This document shows positions 21,638 through 31,089 of a stretch of DNA of 64,000 bases, piece after piece; the stretch's first letter is position 1, and each line of letters begins with the position of its first letter. The position numbers and the translations under genes are program-made. The DNA comes from Planctomycetota bacterium. GTDB taxonomy: Bacteria > Planctomycetota > UBA8108 > SXIK01. The stretch is from the NCBI GenBank assembly GCA_965223845.1, contig CBDCXR010000004.1, positions 1,632,001 to 1,696,000 of the forward strand, in the 5' to 3' direction. The notes under the pieces were generated by a model, which saw only the letters and a program-made list of their open reading frames with translations, ran no database searches and was not told the origin of the DNA.

Positions 21638-23899
21638 ATGCCCGCGAGTCGAGTCTCGCGGGCCGGTGTGGCGCTTTTGGTCGGACTCCTCGCCAGCGTT
21701 TCGGTCCGTGTTGCTGCGGCGGAGGAATCCAGCGGAGCGAAGAGCGCGTCCGCTTCCGCCGAGGACGATCCCGGCCGGAGCGAGGTCTGGCCGAGGTGGC
21801 GCGGAGCGGACGGCTCGGCCGTTGCCTCTGGGGATCGACTGCCCGAGCGCTGGAGCGCGAGCGACGGACTCGCTTGGTCGATTGAAATCCCCGGCGAAGG
21901 GTCGTCGTCCCCGATCGTGTGGGGCGATCGCGTATTCGTGACGTCGGCGTCGGATCGAGGTGCCAAACGATCGATCCACGCGCTCGCGACGAGCTCGGGC
22001 GATTTCCTCTGGTCGCGATCGCTGAGCGACGACGACCCGGAGCTGAGCTCGTCCGTCACCGGTCACGCGGCGTCGACCCCGGCAACCGACGGCCGCACCG
22101 TGGTCGCGTTCTTCGGCAACTCCGGGGTCGTCGCGTACACGGCGGAAGGCGATTTCCGCTGGCAGCGAACGTTCGGTGCATTCGATACCGAGCTCGGCCT
22201 CGCCTCCTCGCCGATTCTCCACCGCGGAAATGTCATCGTCGTTTGCGATCACGACGGTGATCGGTTTCGCACCTTCGATTCGTTCGTCGTCGCGCTCGAC
22301 CTCGGGAATGGAGCGATTCGTTGGCGTACCCAGCGGCCCGAGCTCTATCGATCCTGGAGCACGCCGATCGTCGTTCGCACGCCGACGGGCGACGAGCTCA
22401 TCGTCTGCGCACAGGACGCGATTCGTGCGTACGATCCGGTCGGCGGCGGAGAGCTGTGGCGCGTCCGCGGACTCACCGGTTGGGTGACTCCGTCCCCGGT
22501 GTTCGCGGACGGGATCGTCTACGCGACCTCGGGGAAGAACGGCCCCGTCGTCGCCCTTCGCGCGGGCGGTCGAGGGGACGTGACGGACACGCACACCGAC
22601 TGGTCCGTCCCGCGAGTAGGTGCCTACGTGACGTCGCCCGTCCTCTACGACGGCCGTCTCTACGTGATTCGCGACAACGGCGTGGTCCGCTGCTTTCGTC
22701 CCTCGACGGGAGAACGGATCTTCGAAGGACGACTCGACGGAAAGTTCGTGGCGTCTCCGATCGCGGGAGCAGGTCGCATCTACTTCCCGGCGGAGGACGG
22801 GACGACTTGGGTCCTCCGCGCCGCGGACGAGCTCGACGTTCTAGCGAAGAACGACGTCGAGGAATACACCGTAGCGTCTCCGGCGGCGGCCGCGGGAAAG
22901 CTCTTCCTCCGGACGGAACGGCGTTTGATCTGCATCGGCGAACGGGATGACCGAAATCGAAGCGCGACGCCTGGGGAGAGTGCGTTGACGCGCGCAACCG
23001 AGTTCCTCGCCCGCGAGCACGCGAGCTGGCCTAAGAAGAACGGGTGTTTCTCTTGCCACAACACGGGAGATGCCGCGCGGGCGCTGTTTGCCGCTCAGGC
23101 CTCGGGGCGGCGAGTGCCCCGCGGCATCTGGCCCGAGACGCTCCCCTGGCTTCGCGCTCCCGCGCGGTGGGGGAAGAGCGTCGTCACGGACGAGTTCGAT
23201 GATCCGGAGCTCGCGCGGATCCAGTACGCGAGTGCTCTTCGCGAGGCGATCGCGGCCGACGCCTTCGGGGCGAACCGCGCGGCGGCGAACGAGGCGCTGC
23301 GCACTGCCGCCCGCGACCTAAGAGGAGCGCAGCACGCCGAAGGATCGTTCGCCGGGGGCTCGGAGAACCTCGTGGGGGGACCGACCGCCTACAGCTCGAC
23401 CCTCGCGACCTACCTCGCCGCTGCAGTGCTCGATACCGTCGATCGACTAGAGACGAAGGAAGCTGCGCGCCGGGCTGCCGACTGGCTCGACGCGCGGCCG
23501 ATCCGAAACGTTCATGTCGCGGCGATCGCTTTGCTCGCGCAATCGACACTCAGCGACCGACCGAACCGAGCGAGAGTCCGCGAGAGTCTCGATCTTCTCG
23601 GTCGCACACGTTCGGACGACGGCGGATGGGGACCCTACGCGAATGACGCGCCGGAAGTGTTCGATACGGCGCTCGCTCTTCTTTCTCTCGCGAGTGCAAG
23701 GGATCGCGAAGAGATCCTCGGTCCGGCGAAACGCGAAGTCGACACCTGGATCCGAGCCGCCCGCGAGTTTCTCGTCTCGACGCAAGACGAAGACGGGGGT
23801 TGGCCGGAGACGACGCGACCGTCGGGCGCGGAAAGCTACGCGCAGCGAATTTCGACGACAGCGTGGGCGACGCTCGCGCTCCTGGCGGTCTCTTCTTGA
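21638..23899 (+). CDS. Secreted fusion: PQQ-like beta-propeller + prenyltransferase/squalene-oxidase-repeat domain with CxxCH
   Basis: Signal peptide; WPRWRG, SSPIVWGDRVF, STPATDG propeller repeats; then GCFSCHN and QW-like repeats (QHAEGSF, SDDGGW, QDEDGGW). Confidence 0.8.
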   Translation: MPASRVSRAGVALLVGLLASVSVRVAAAEESSGAKSASASAEDDPGRSEVWPRWRGADGSAVASGDRLPERWSASDGLAWSIEIPGEGSSSPIVWGDRVFVTSASDRGAKRSIHALATSSGDFLWSRSLSDDDPELSSSVTGHAASTPATDGRTVVAFFGNSGVVAYTAEGDFRWQRTFGAFDTELGLASSPILHRGNVIVVCDHDGDRFRTFDSFVVALDLGNGAIRWRTQRPELYRSWSTPIVVRTPTGDELIVCAQDAIRAYDPVGGGELWRVRGLTGWVTPSPVFADGIVYATSGKNGPVVALRAGGRGDVTDTHTDWSVPRVGAYVTSPVLYDGRLYVIRDNGVVRCFRPSTGERIFEGRLDGKFVASPIAGAGRIYFPAEDGTTWVLRAADELDVLAKNDVEEYTVASPAAAAGKLFLRTERRLICIGERDDRNRSATPGESALTRATEFLAREHASWPKKNGCFSCHNTGDAARALFAAQASGRRVPRGIWPETLPWLRAPARWGKSVVTDEFDDPELARIQYASALREAIAADAFGANRAAANEALRTAARDLRGAQHAEGSFAGGSENLVGGPTAYSSTLATYLAAAVLDTVDRLETKEAARRAADWLDARPIRNVHVAAIALLAQSTLSDRPNRARVRESLDLLGRTRSDDGGWGPYANDAPEVFDTALALLSLASARDREEILGPAKREVDTWIRAAREFLVSTQDEDGGWPETTRPSGAESYAQRISTTAWATLALLAVSS

Positions 23900-23948
23900 C
23901 GGGAGCTCTCGGTTTCGGCTCGGGTCGTCTCGATCCCTAGAGGCAGAA

Positions 23949-24293
23949 TTCACACGAAGAGCGCGAAGGGGACGCGAAGCACGACGAAGGAAGAGCAAAA
24001 ATAAGACTGATGAGGAGTGAGAGAGGAAAGATCTCAGGCGGTGCATCTCTGACGTCGTATTTGTTCGCAATCCCTCGAATACCGGTCGATGAAGAGCCGT
24101 CAACCGGTGTGGAAAAAGATCTCAGGCGGTGCCTTTCCGACATCGAATCTGTTCTCGATTCACGAAGACTTCCCCTCGTTAGACGTTGTCGAGTGACTGC
24201 GCGCTCCGGAGCCCCGAAACACTTCATTCCTCCCTCCCTTCATTCTTTCTTCCTTCGTCTGTCTTCGCGTCCCCTTCGCGCTCTTCGTGTGAA
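23949..24293. mobile_element. MITE/REPIN-like element bounded by a 31-bp perfect inverted repeat
   Basis: 23949-23979 is the exact reverse complement of 24263-24293, extendable inward with mismatches; AT-richer interior with an 18-bp direct repeat at 24027 and 24115. Confidence 0.65.
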
Positions 24294-25414
24294 CCTCTTC
24301 CGAGGATCCCACCCACGACGAACGGAAGCCGCACCACACTCTCCGAAAGCCGATACTCGACCGCCCGCTCCGCATCGACTTCGAACGGCCGGTCGACTCG
24401 GTTCCCCGCGAGATCTTCGAGTCCGGTTGACACGACGAGCTCGTGCGTTCCTTCCTGCCACGGGCCGGCGGGCACGAAGCGCCAGAGCGTCTCGTGATCG
24501 CCGACCGCGATGGCGCCGTCGACCGGTGAGCCGTCCGTCCGAGTGACCCCGATCGAGCTGAAGAGGAGAGCGTGGTCGAGCGATTCTCCGAGCTCGACGA
24601 CGAGCGCGTCGAGCGTGCCGGCGCGGGGAGAGACGATGCGCCACTCGGCGGGTACGGGCGATCGGCGATCGACCGCGGTCACCTCGAAGCGTCGCTCGAA
24701 GGTCGAAACGAGAGGCGCGCCGCGCGCGTCTTCCCACGCCGAGCTGACGCGCAGGGTATACGTGCCGCCTTCGACCAGCGCCGGACCGAGGTCCTCGAGC
24801 GGTTTCACTTCCCGTTTGATGCGCCCGGGATCGATGAGAACGGTCAACCGCTTTCCGTACGGATCCCAGAGCTCTTCGTCGATCTCGAGAAACGGGAGCT
24901 CGACGGGCTTTCCGGCCGGGTCGAGGAGCTCGAGATGGTCCCAGGCTTGCCCCTGAGTCATCGGGTGCGAAAAGTGGATGTAGAACTTGAGGAGGTTTTC
25001 GGGGAGCCGCGGCGCAGATGGAGTGACGAAGTCGACGCGTGCGACCGGCTCGGAACGTTCGGGCGGCAGGGCGAACTCGCTAACGACTGGCGGACCGGTT
25101 TTCGGCGCGTACGTCGCGCGATAGCGAAGACCCGGCGACAACGCAAAGCGCGGCTCGAACTCGAGCGTGTCGCCGGCGAGTGAATGCGTCCCCGCAATCG
25201 GCGGCAGGTCGGCGTCCTCGTCGGCTACGTGCACGGTGAAAGCGCGGGCGAAATCGTGCTCGTTCTCGCCCGCGCTCAGCTCGACGGGAGCCACCGTGAA
25301 GCGACCGGGCTCGCTCGGATCCTCGCCCGGGGTGTACCGAATCTGGGTGCGGTGCGCACACGCTCCGCACCCGAGAGCGACTACGGCCGACGCGAATGCG
25401 AGTCGGCGCCTCAC
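24224..25414 (-). CDS. Hypothetical exported protein or lipoprotein with Ig-like domains
   Basis: GTGA overlap with upstream gene; hydrophobic leader with Cys (VVALGCGAC); LPENLLKFYIHFSHPM, LTVLIDPGRIKR, LEDLAGN. Confidence 0.75.
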   Translation of the reverse strand: MRRRLAFASAVVALGCGACAHRTQIRYTPGEDPSEPGRFTVAPVELSAGENEHDFARAFTVHVADEDADLPPIAGTHSLAGDTLEFEPRFALSPGLRYRATYAPKTGPPVVSEFALPPERSEPVARVDFVTPSAPRLPENLLKFYIHFSHPMTQGQAWDHLELLDPAGKPVELPFLEIDEELWDPYGKRLTVLIDPGRIKREVKPLEDLGPALVEGGTYTLRVSSAWEDARGAPLVSTFERRFEVTAVDRRSPVPAEWRIVSPRAGTLDALVVELGESLDHALLFSSIGVTRTDGSPVDGAIAVGDHETLWRFVPAGPWQEGTHELVVSTGLEDLAGNRVDRPFEVDAERAVEYRLSESVVRLPFVVGGILGRGSHEEREGDAKTDEGRKNEGREE

Positions 25415-26505
25415 GGGAGTGGCCGCACCTCGAGGTGGTACGCACCCTCATCGTCGCGGTGGATGACGACCGCGCGCTCCTCGTCGAGTCGATCTAGCTG
25501 ATGGATGTTCTTCCAGCTTTCGATCGTTTCGTACCCGACACCATGAGTCTTCCCCCGCGCGACCGGGTCTTCGATGGACTCCGCCGCGCCGATCCCCGCG
25601 GTGGGAATCTTCATGATTCCGCGGTTGTTGTTCGCGAGCAGCAGGTACTTCTTCTCCCCTTTCGTGTACGCGATCATGTCGAGAGGACGATTGCGATTCC
25701 CGAGTTCCGCAACCGTCGTTCCCTTGACGTGCTTTCCGGGCTGGAGATCGCTCATCTTGAGCCTCACGAGCGGCGTGCAAGTGTAGGCCGCTAGTAGGTG
25801 GGCTTCACCTTCGATGTCGAACGGCACAAACGTTCGGACCGGCGAGTGCGTCTCGAACTTGCCGTGAGCGCCGTGGTAGATCTCGACGGACGCGCCCTTC
25901 GTCGATCCGGAGAACGGATAGGGAATCGAGCGCAGGGTCGACGCGAACTTCTCGTTCGACAGTCCAGCGACGAGGACTCGGCCGTCGGCGAGCGCCACGT
26001 CGGTGATGGACTCGAGGCGGAGCTTTCGGTTGCGCCGGCCGACCGCTTCGGGAGACGGCGCGTCGGGAAGCTCGGCGCGGCTTACCTCCAGCTTCCCGAG
26101 ATCGAGGAGCGCGAGCTTTCCGCCGGGGGCTACCGTGACGATCGCCGGCTTTGCGGTCGGTCCCCGGCCGCGAACGACGGAGAGGTAGGCGACGCCGGAG
26201 GCGGGATTGATGGCGAGGTCGCGGATTTCGATTTCCGAGGCGGAGATTCCGAGGAGCGCGGCGACCTTGCGATCGATCGCTTCGACGGCGAGCTCTCCTT
26301 TGACTGGCTTCGTATCGCCCGTCTCGACGGCGAACACCGCGGCGCCCCAAGGATCGGCGACGAGCAGAACGCCGCCCGGCCCGAACGCCAGCGGGCCCAC
26401 CGACTTGAGATCCGCGCCCTTCTTCGCCGGCTCGGGCGAAGCGATCGCGGAGGCGGTGAACACGGCGAGAATGCAACACGCGGAGATGATTCGACGGAGA
26501 CTCAT
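25411..26505 (-). CDS. Secreted hypothetical protein (probable beta-propeller)
   Basis: Signal peptide MSLRRIISACCILAVFTASAIA; GPLAFGPGGVLLVAD, IRDLAINP, EIYHGAHGKFETHSPVRTF, AAYTCTPLV, ELGNRNRPLDM. Confidence 0.8.
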   Translation of the reverse strand: MSLRRIISACCILAVFTASAIASPEPAKKGADLKSVGPLAFGPGGVLLVADPWGAAVFAVETGDTKPVKGELAVEAIDRKVAALLGISASEIEIRDLAINPASGVAYLSVVRGRGPTAKPAIVTVAPGGKLALLDLGKLEVSRAELPDAPSPEAVGRRNRKLRLESITDVALADGRVLVAGLSNEKFASTLRSIPYPFSGSTKGASVEIYHGAHGKFETHSPVRTFVPFDIEGEAHLLAAYTCTPLVRLKMSDLQPGKHVKGTTVAELGNRNRPLDMIAYTKGEKKYLLLANNNRGIMKIPTAGIGAAESIEDPVARGKTHGVGYETIESWKNIHQLDRLDEERAVVIHRDDEGAYHLEVRPLP

Positions 26506-26718
26506 CCCGATACCCTCTCTAAACCCGGGGTGGTGGAAGCGAATGCGGCGACGCAAGCGGGTCGACGCAGCGAGAACTTGGCCATCATGCTACCGCGGCG
26601 ACTCCGACCGACGACTACGGAATCTCGCCGGCGGAGGCGGTCGCGACGCACTCCCGGAGAAACCCCACAAGTCGGGCCGCGGACTGGGAATTGCCCTCGG
26701 GGCCGGCCCCCGATTCGC

Positions 26719-28326
26719 TCAATCGCTCGACTCCGCTCGGGGCGGCCGTCCGCCGCCAGCGGCGATCGCTCGGCGAGCCGCGCGGAGGATGTCCGCTTGG
26801 GCGCGAAAGAGCTCGACGACTCCGGCTCGACGATTCGTGGTCACGGTGTCGCTGATCACGATCGCGAACGCCCACAGCGAGTCCTTCTCCGATCGCGTGC
26901 GAAGATCGAGATAGCCGGCGAGAGACTTCGTCAGATAGATCCAGCGGCCGTTGAGAGCGTTTCGGTAGACGAGCGTTCCGGTCTTCGCGCGGACCTTTCC
27001 GGAGAGCTCCGAGCCTCGCATCTCATTTGCGAGCGTTCCGTCGACACCGGAAATCGGGAGAGCGTCGAGAAAGACGCCGAAGTCGGGTCGAGTCGCCCAG
27101 TAGCGGAGAAAGTGGACGAGCCACTGGGGTGAAATGCGATCGGCGCGGCCGCCGCCCGATCCGCTCGTGACGACGATGCTGTCCATGTCGAGACCGGATT
27201 TGGCGAAGCGATCCCGGATGATTCCGTAGCCCTCACGCGTAGATCCCCGACTCCCGAGTCTTGCCCCGACGAGCGGCGGCAGCATCGTCGCGTGAACGTT
27301 TTGGCTCACCTTGAGAACGACGCGAATCGTCTGAGAGAGCGGGGCCGAGACGTGACGGGCGACGACGTCGTAGTCCGAGTAGATCGTCGGTCCGAAGCGC
27401 GCGTTCTTCGTGCGGCCATCGGCACGGACGCCCTCGGCGCGAAGAGTCTCTGCGAAGAGGCGTGCGCAGGTCATCGCAGGTTCCCGAAAGGGCGCGACGC
27501 GGAGCGAGGGCGATGCATCGAGCGGGATGCTTCCGGTCAACTCGTAGCTGTCGTCTTCGCCGCCCGCGGCGAGTCGGAGTCGAAGGGACGACGGGGAGCC
27601 GCTCTTCGCCGTTTCGGCCGTCGAGCGTACGCGAATGTGCTCAGACGCCGGCCGGACCTCGAAGTCGACGGGTTCACCGACCGCCCGTCCGGGACGAACC
27701 GTGACATCGACGAGATTGTCATTCACGCACGCGGCGCTGAACTTCCCGACGAAGGGATCGAAGGTCTCGGCGAAGAGTCCGTCGTCGACGACGATGTCTC
27801 CCGTCACGCGGGTCACCCCGGCCCGTCGCACGTCCCGGGCGAGCTCGCGCAGAATCGCGAGCGGGTCGCCATTGACGACCTTCGCGCGGGAGAGGCCGGC
27901 GTAGGAGTGATCCGTATTCTCGAAGGCGAGCCGGTCTCGAGCGCGCAGCCTCTGGGAGAGATTTGGGTCGCCCGAAGCGAGCAAAACGAGATCGCCGGCT
28001 AACGTGCCTTCTTTGAGCGGGCCCGTCGCGACGACGCGCGTCTCGAAGCGAAAGTCCGCTCCGAGCGCGTCGAGCGCACCGGCGCAGCTCAAGAGCTTCG
28101 TGGTCGATGCCGGTGCAAACAGCTTTCGCGCGTCGTGCTCGTAGAGAATGCGTCCCGAACGAACATGGCAGAAGAGGACACCGAAGGAACTCGCGCGAAA
28201 CAAGGGGCGAGCGATGATCTCGTCGATCTCGGCGGCGAGCTCGTCCTCGACGGAATCGGCCGCCGAGTCTCGGCTCGCGCCGGGCGAGTCCTCACCGCGC
28301 ACACTCGCACCGCGGGCCAATCCCAT
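26719..28326 (-). CDS. dacB: D-alanyl-D-alanine carboxypeptidase/endopeptidase (PBP4, peptidase S13); start uncertain, frame open further upstream
   Basis: SxxK (PASTTKL), SxN (KVSQN), KTG (RAKTGTL), SGDPNL, LPISGVDGTL. Confidence 0.88.
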   Translation of the reverse strand: MGLARGASVRGEDSPGASRDSAADSVEDELAAEIDEIIARPLFRASSFGVLFCHVRSGRILYEHDARKLFAPASTTKLLSCAGALDALGADFRFETRVVATGPLKEGTLAGDLVLLASGDPNLSQRLRARDRLAFENTDHSYAGLSRAKVVNGDPLAILRELARDVRRAGVTRVTGDIVVDDGLFAETFDPFVGKFSAACVNDNLVDVTVRPGRAVGEPVDFEVRPASEHIRVRSTAETAKSGSPSSLRLRLAAGGEDDSYELTGSIPLDASPSLRVAPFREPAMTCARLFAETLRAEGVRADGRTKNARFGPTIYSDYDVVARHVSAPLSQTIRVVLKVSQNVHATMLPPLVGARLGSRGSTREGYGIIRDRFAKSGLDMDSIVVTSGSGGGRADRISPQWLVHFLRYWATRPDFGVFLDALPISGVDGTLANEMRGSELSGKVRAKTGTLVYRNALNGRWIYLTKSLAGYLDLRTRSEKDSLWAFAIVISDTVTTNRRAGVVELFRAQADILRAARRAIAAGGGRPPRAESSD

Positions 28327-28405
28327 TGCGAGAACGGCGACGGCGATTCCCGGAACGATCCCGGGTCGACGTCGTCGATCGCGGGGGCGATCGCGGCGCT
28401 CGCGC

Positions 28406-30694
28406 TCAACCCTCGCAGGGCAGCTCGTCTGGCGTCGGATCGAGACCGAGCTCGAGGAAGGGCTCGGCCGGGGCAGCACCCGGACCGAAGAGGTAATTGA
28501 GGAAGTAGAGTGCGTCAGCGATGTTGACCTCGCCGTCGTCGTCGGCATCCGCGGCGTCCCAGCAGGTGAATCCTGGACCGTCTCCGAAGAGGTGATTGAG
28601 GATGCGGATCGGGTCGGTGATCGTCAAGATTCCGTCCGAGTCGATGTCGCCTCGTCGAAACGCGAACCCGTCGACGTAGCGGAACGCACTGGGAGCGCTG
28701 ACGCGCCCATAGCGCGTTTCGACGTCGAAGGTCAGCTCCGCTTCCACGAGTGCTGCGGGCAGTGCGACGAGAAGCTCGGTGCTGCTCACGCGATCCGCCG
28801 CGTGCGCCTCGCCGTCGACGAAAAACCGAAGATCGTCATTCGCCGTGAATCCCGACCCGAGCACGCGCACTTCGATCGGGGCACCCAGCTCGCCGACGGG
28901 CGGACTCACCGCCTCGATCGCGAGCTCCGTTCCCGAGAGGCGATAGCCGCTGATGACGTAGGCATCCCCCGCGTTCAGGTGCTCGTCGTCCGCGCCGTCC
29001 GCGCGCATCGCGTTCGGAAAGAGATCGTCGAATCCGTCGCCGTCGTAGTCGCGCGCCTCCATGGAGTACGAGAGGAGATCGTACGACGCGGCGCCGATGA
29101 CCGCCGCGGCCGCGAGGCCGGGGGGAAGCGTATCCGCCTGGGGCGCGAAGAGGGCCGGGAACGGCTCCGGGCCGCCGTAGAGGATCGCGACCATCCCGGC
29201 GTCCGCTTTCCCGTCGAGATCGGCGTGGGGGATTCCGACCGCGAGGTCGTCGTAGGCATCGCCGTTGAAGTTCCCGACGCTCAGCGTGTCGCCCAGTATG
29301 TCGACTCTCTCGAGGCCGTACATGAGCGAAACGCGGACGTCGGGAGTGACGACCCCTTTCTCGTCGGCCTCGAGAAGGTCGATCTCGATCCCTTCGAGGT
29401 TGCCATCGTTGTAGACGACGTACGCCCTCCCGACGCGGTAGAGAAGCGACTTCGGCTGCCAGCCCGTGATCGCGCCGAGCGCGAGGTCGGTGCGGCCGTC
29501 ACCGTTGAAATCACCCGAGGCGATCTCCTCCCCGAGCTCCTCATCGAACTCGGCGCCGTAGATCATCGTGATGCGCCCCTCGTACTCCGCCGGTGGATCC
29601 GCCGTCGAGAACTCGGCCGGAAGCCGTTCGCCGGACCCGTCGCTGAAGATGATCGTGACCTCACCGCACTGCGGACGCTCGTCGTCCGCGGGGCCATCGC
29701 CGCCGACGAGCGAGCCGTGGGCCCAGAGGTCATCCGTCCCTCCGATCCCCGCGGACAGACGCTCGAGCGCAGCCCCAACGATGAGCTCGTCCTGTCCATC
29801 CCCGTTGAGATCCGCCGCATGGAGCGAGGCGCCGAAGTGGTCCTCGGCGTCTCGACCGATGACGCGGCTGACTCCGGGGAAGGACGCGCCGTCCTCGGTG
29901 GCGAAATCGATCACCGGAGGGAACTCGGCGCGGCCGTAGATCACGAGCACGTGTCCTTGGTGAAACGCCGGATCTAGGCGATCGTCCGAACCCGCCTGAT
30001 CGGCGCCGACGATGATGTCTTCGAACCCATCCCCGTCGAGATCGCCGGTCTCGACCCAGATTCCGAGTCGACCTCCGATCTGATCGCCGTAGATGGCGAG
30101 GACGTCGCTCGGAACGCCTTCGAGGAGATCGATCGTCCGTTCGGACTCGCCGAAGAGATCTTCGCGGCCGAAGACGACGTAGAGAGCGCCGGAGTTCGTG
30201 CGATCGCCGTCCGGCCCATCGTAGTTCTGGCTGCTGAGTAAGAGATCCTCGATCCCGTCGCCGTCGATGTCGCCGGTGAAGAGCTCCGTTCCGAGCAAGT
30301 CTTCCGTGCGCGCCCCGAGAAGGCGAATCGCCGGCGTCGAGAGATCGTCGCGATCGATGACTCCGGTCGACGAGCCGTCGCCCTTGTAGAGGTACACCTC
30401 GCCGGCCGTCCGCCGGGGATGGTCGCCGTCGAACGGAGCGGCCATGGCCGCGACCGCGAGGTCGTACTGACCGTCGCCATCCCAATCGCCGATTTCGACC
30501 GGCATCCCGTAGTTGCCGCCGTCGCGAACGTTGTTGAACAGCGTGAGCTGGCCCTCCTGCGCCGCGTCGGAGGTCTCCCAGCGGGGGAGGAGAGGGCTGA
30601 TCGCATCGACCGCGAGTCGGACGAAGACGACGATGAACAGCGCTCCGAGAAGGGGCACCCAGATCCGGGATCGGGTGACTTCGAGGCGTTCCAT
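28406..30694 (-). CDS. FG-GAP/integrin-alpha-like beta-propeller + IPT/TIG + C-terminal dockerin-like domain
   Basis: Seven GD.DGDG..DL repeats; AVSPPVG...VRVLGSGF; FRRGDIDSDGILTITDPIRILNHLF...CWDAADADDDGEVNIADALYFLNYLF...DPTPDELPC. Confidence 0.85.
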   Translation of the reverse strand: MERLEVTRSRIWVPLLGALFIVVFVRLAVDAISPLLPRWETSDAAQEGQLTLFNNVRDGGNYGMPVEIGDWDGDGQYDLAVAAMAAPFDGDHPRRTAGEVYLYKGDGSSTGVIDRDDLSTPAIRLLGARTEDLLGTELFTGDIDGDGIEDLLLSSQNYDGPDGDRTNSGALYVVFGREDLFGESERTIDLLEGVPSDVLAIYGDQIGGRLGIWVETGDLDGDGFEDIIVGADQAGSDDRLDPAFHQGHVLVIYGRAEFPPVIDFATEDGASFPGVSRVIGRDAEDHFGASLHAADLNGDGQDELIVGAALERLSAGIGGTDDLWAHGSLVGGDGPADDERPQCGEVTIIFSDGSGERLPAEFSTADPPAEYEGRITMIYGAEFDEELGEEIASGDFNGDGRTDLALGAITGWQPKSLLYRVGRAYVVYNDGNLEGIEIDLLEADEKGVVTPDVRVSLMYGLERVDILGDTLSVGNFNGDAYDDLAVGIPHADLDGKADAGMVAILYGGPEPFPALFAPQADTLPPGLAAAAVIGAASYDLLSYSMEARDYDGDGFDDLFPNAMRADGADDEHLNAGDAYVISGYRLSGTELAIEAVSPPVGELGAPIEVRVLGSGFTANDDLRFFVDGEAHAADRVSSTELLVALPAALVEAELTFDVETRYGRVSAPSAFRYVDGFAFRRGDIDSDGILTITDPIRILNHLFGDGPGFTCWDAADADDDGEVNIADALYFLNYLFGPGAAPAEPFLELGLDPTPDELPCEG

Positions 30695-30873
30695 GCGAGT
30701 GAATCTCCGGTGGGCGTCGGCTCTCGTTCCGGGTTCGATTCTACCGCCACCCAGCCGCGGGTCCACGTTCGGGAGCCGGACGGGCGCCCGGTCGCTAGCT
30801 CGGCACCGGGACGGGTGGCTGATCGTCGCGGCGACGCGGGATTTCCCGCCGAACGCCGGGGAGTTTCGAGAAA

Positions 30874-30902
30874 TTGCAGGACTGTGCCAAATCCGCTATA
30901 AG
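30874..30902 (+). promoter_or_regulatory. Putative sigma70 promoter for ilvC
   Basis: TTGCAG-N17-TATAAG. Confidence 0.5.
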
Positions 30903-31089
30903 AAGCGGTTTTCCCGTTCCCGCCGCTTCGGGAGAAGAGGCGACGAGCGCCCGAGCAGGGCTCGGACGGGCCCGTACGGACGGCGAACCGATCCGCGCGT
31001 CGACGAAGTCGGGCGGACGCGACGGTCGTCCCCGCGGAGAGGCATGTGCACCTTCCTGCGGACAGCGATAACTAGGAGCGACGACCGAG

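Noticed and set aside
22970-23899. Squalene-hopene cyclase
   Set aside because: Single short barrel, no DxDD catalytic motif, and an export signal
24010-24546. ORF inside the inverted-repeat element
   Set aside because: Built from the direct repeats and antisense to the 24224-25414 gene; no recognisable domain
30874-30890. Sigma54 promoter on the minus strand (TGGCACAGTCCTGCA)
   Set aside because: GG to GC spacing is 9 nt rather than the required 10
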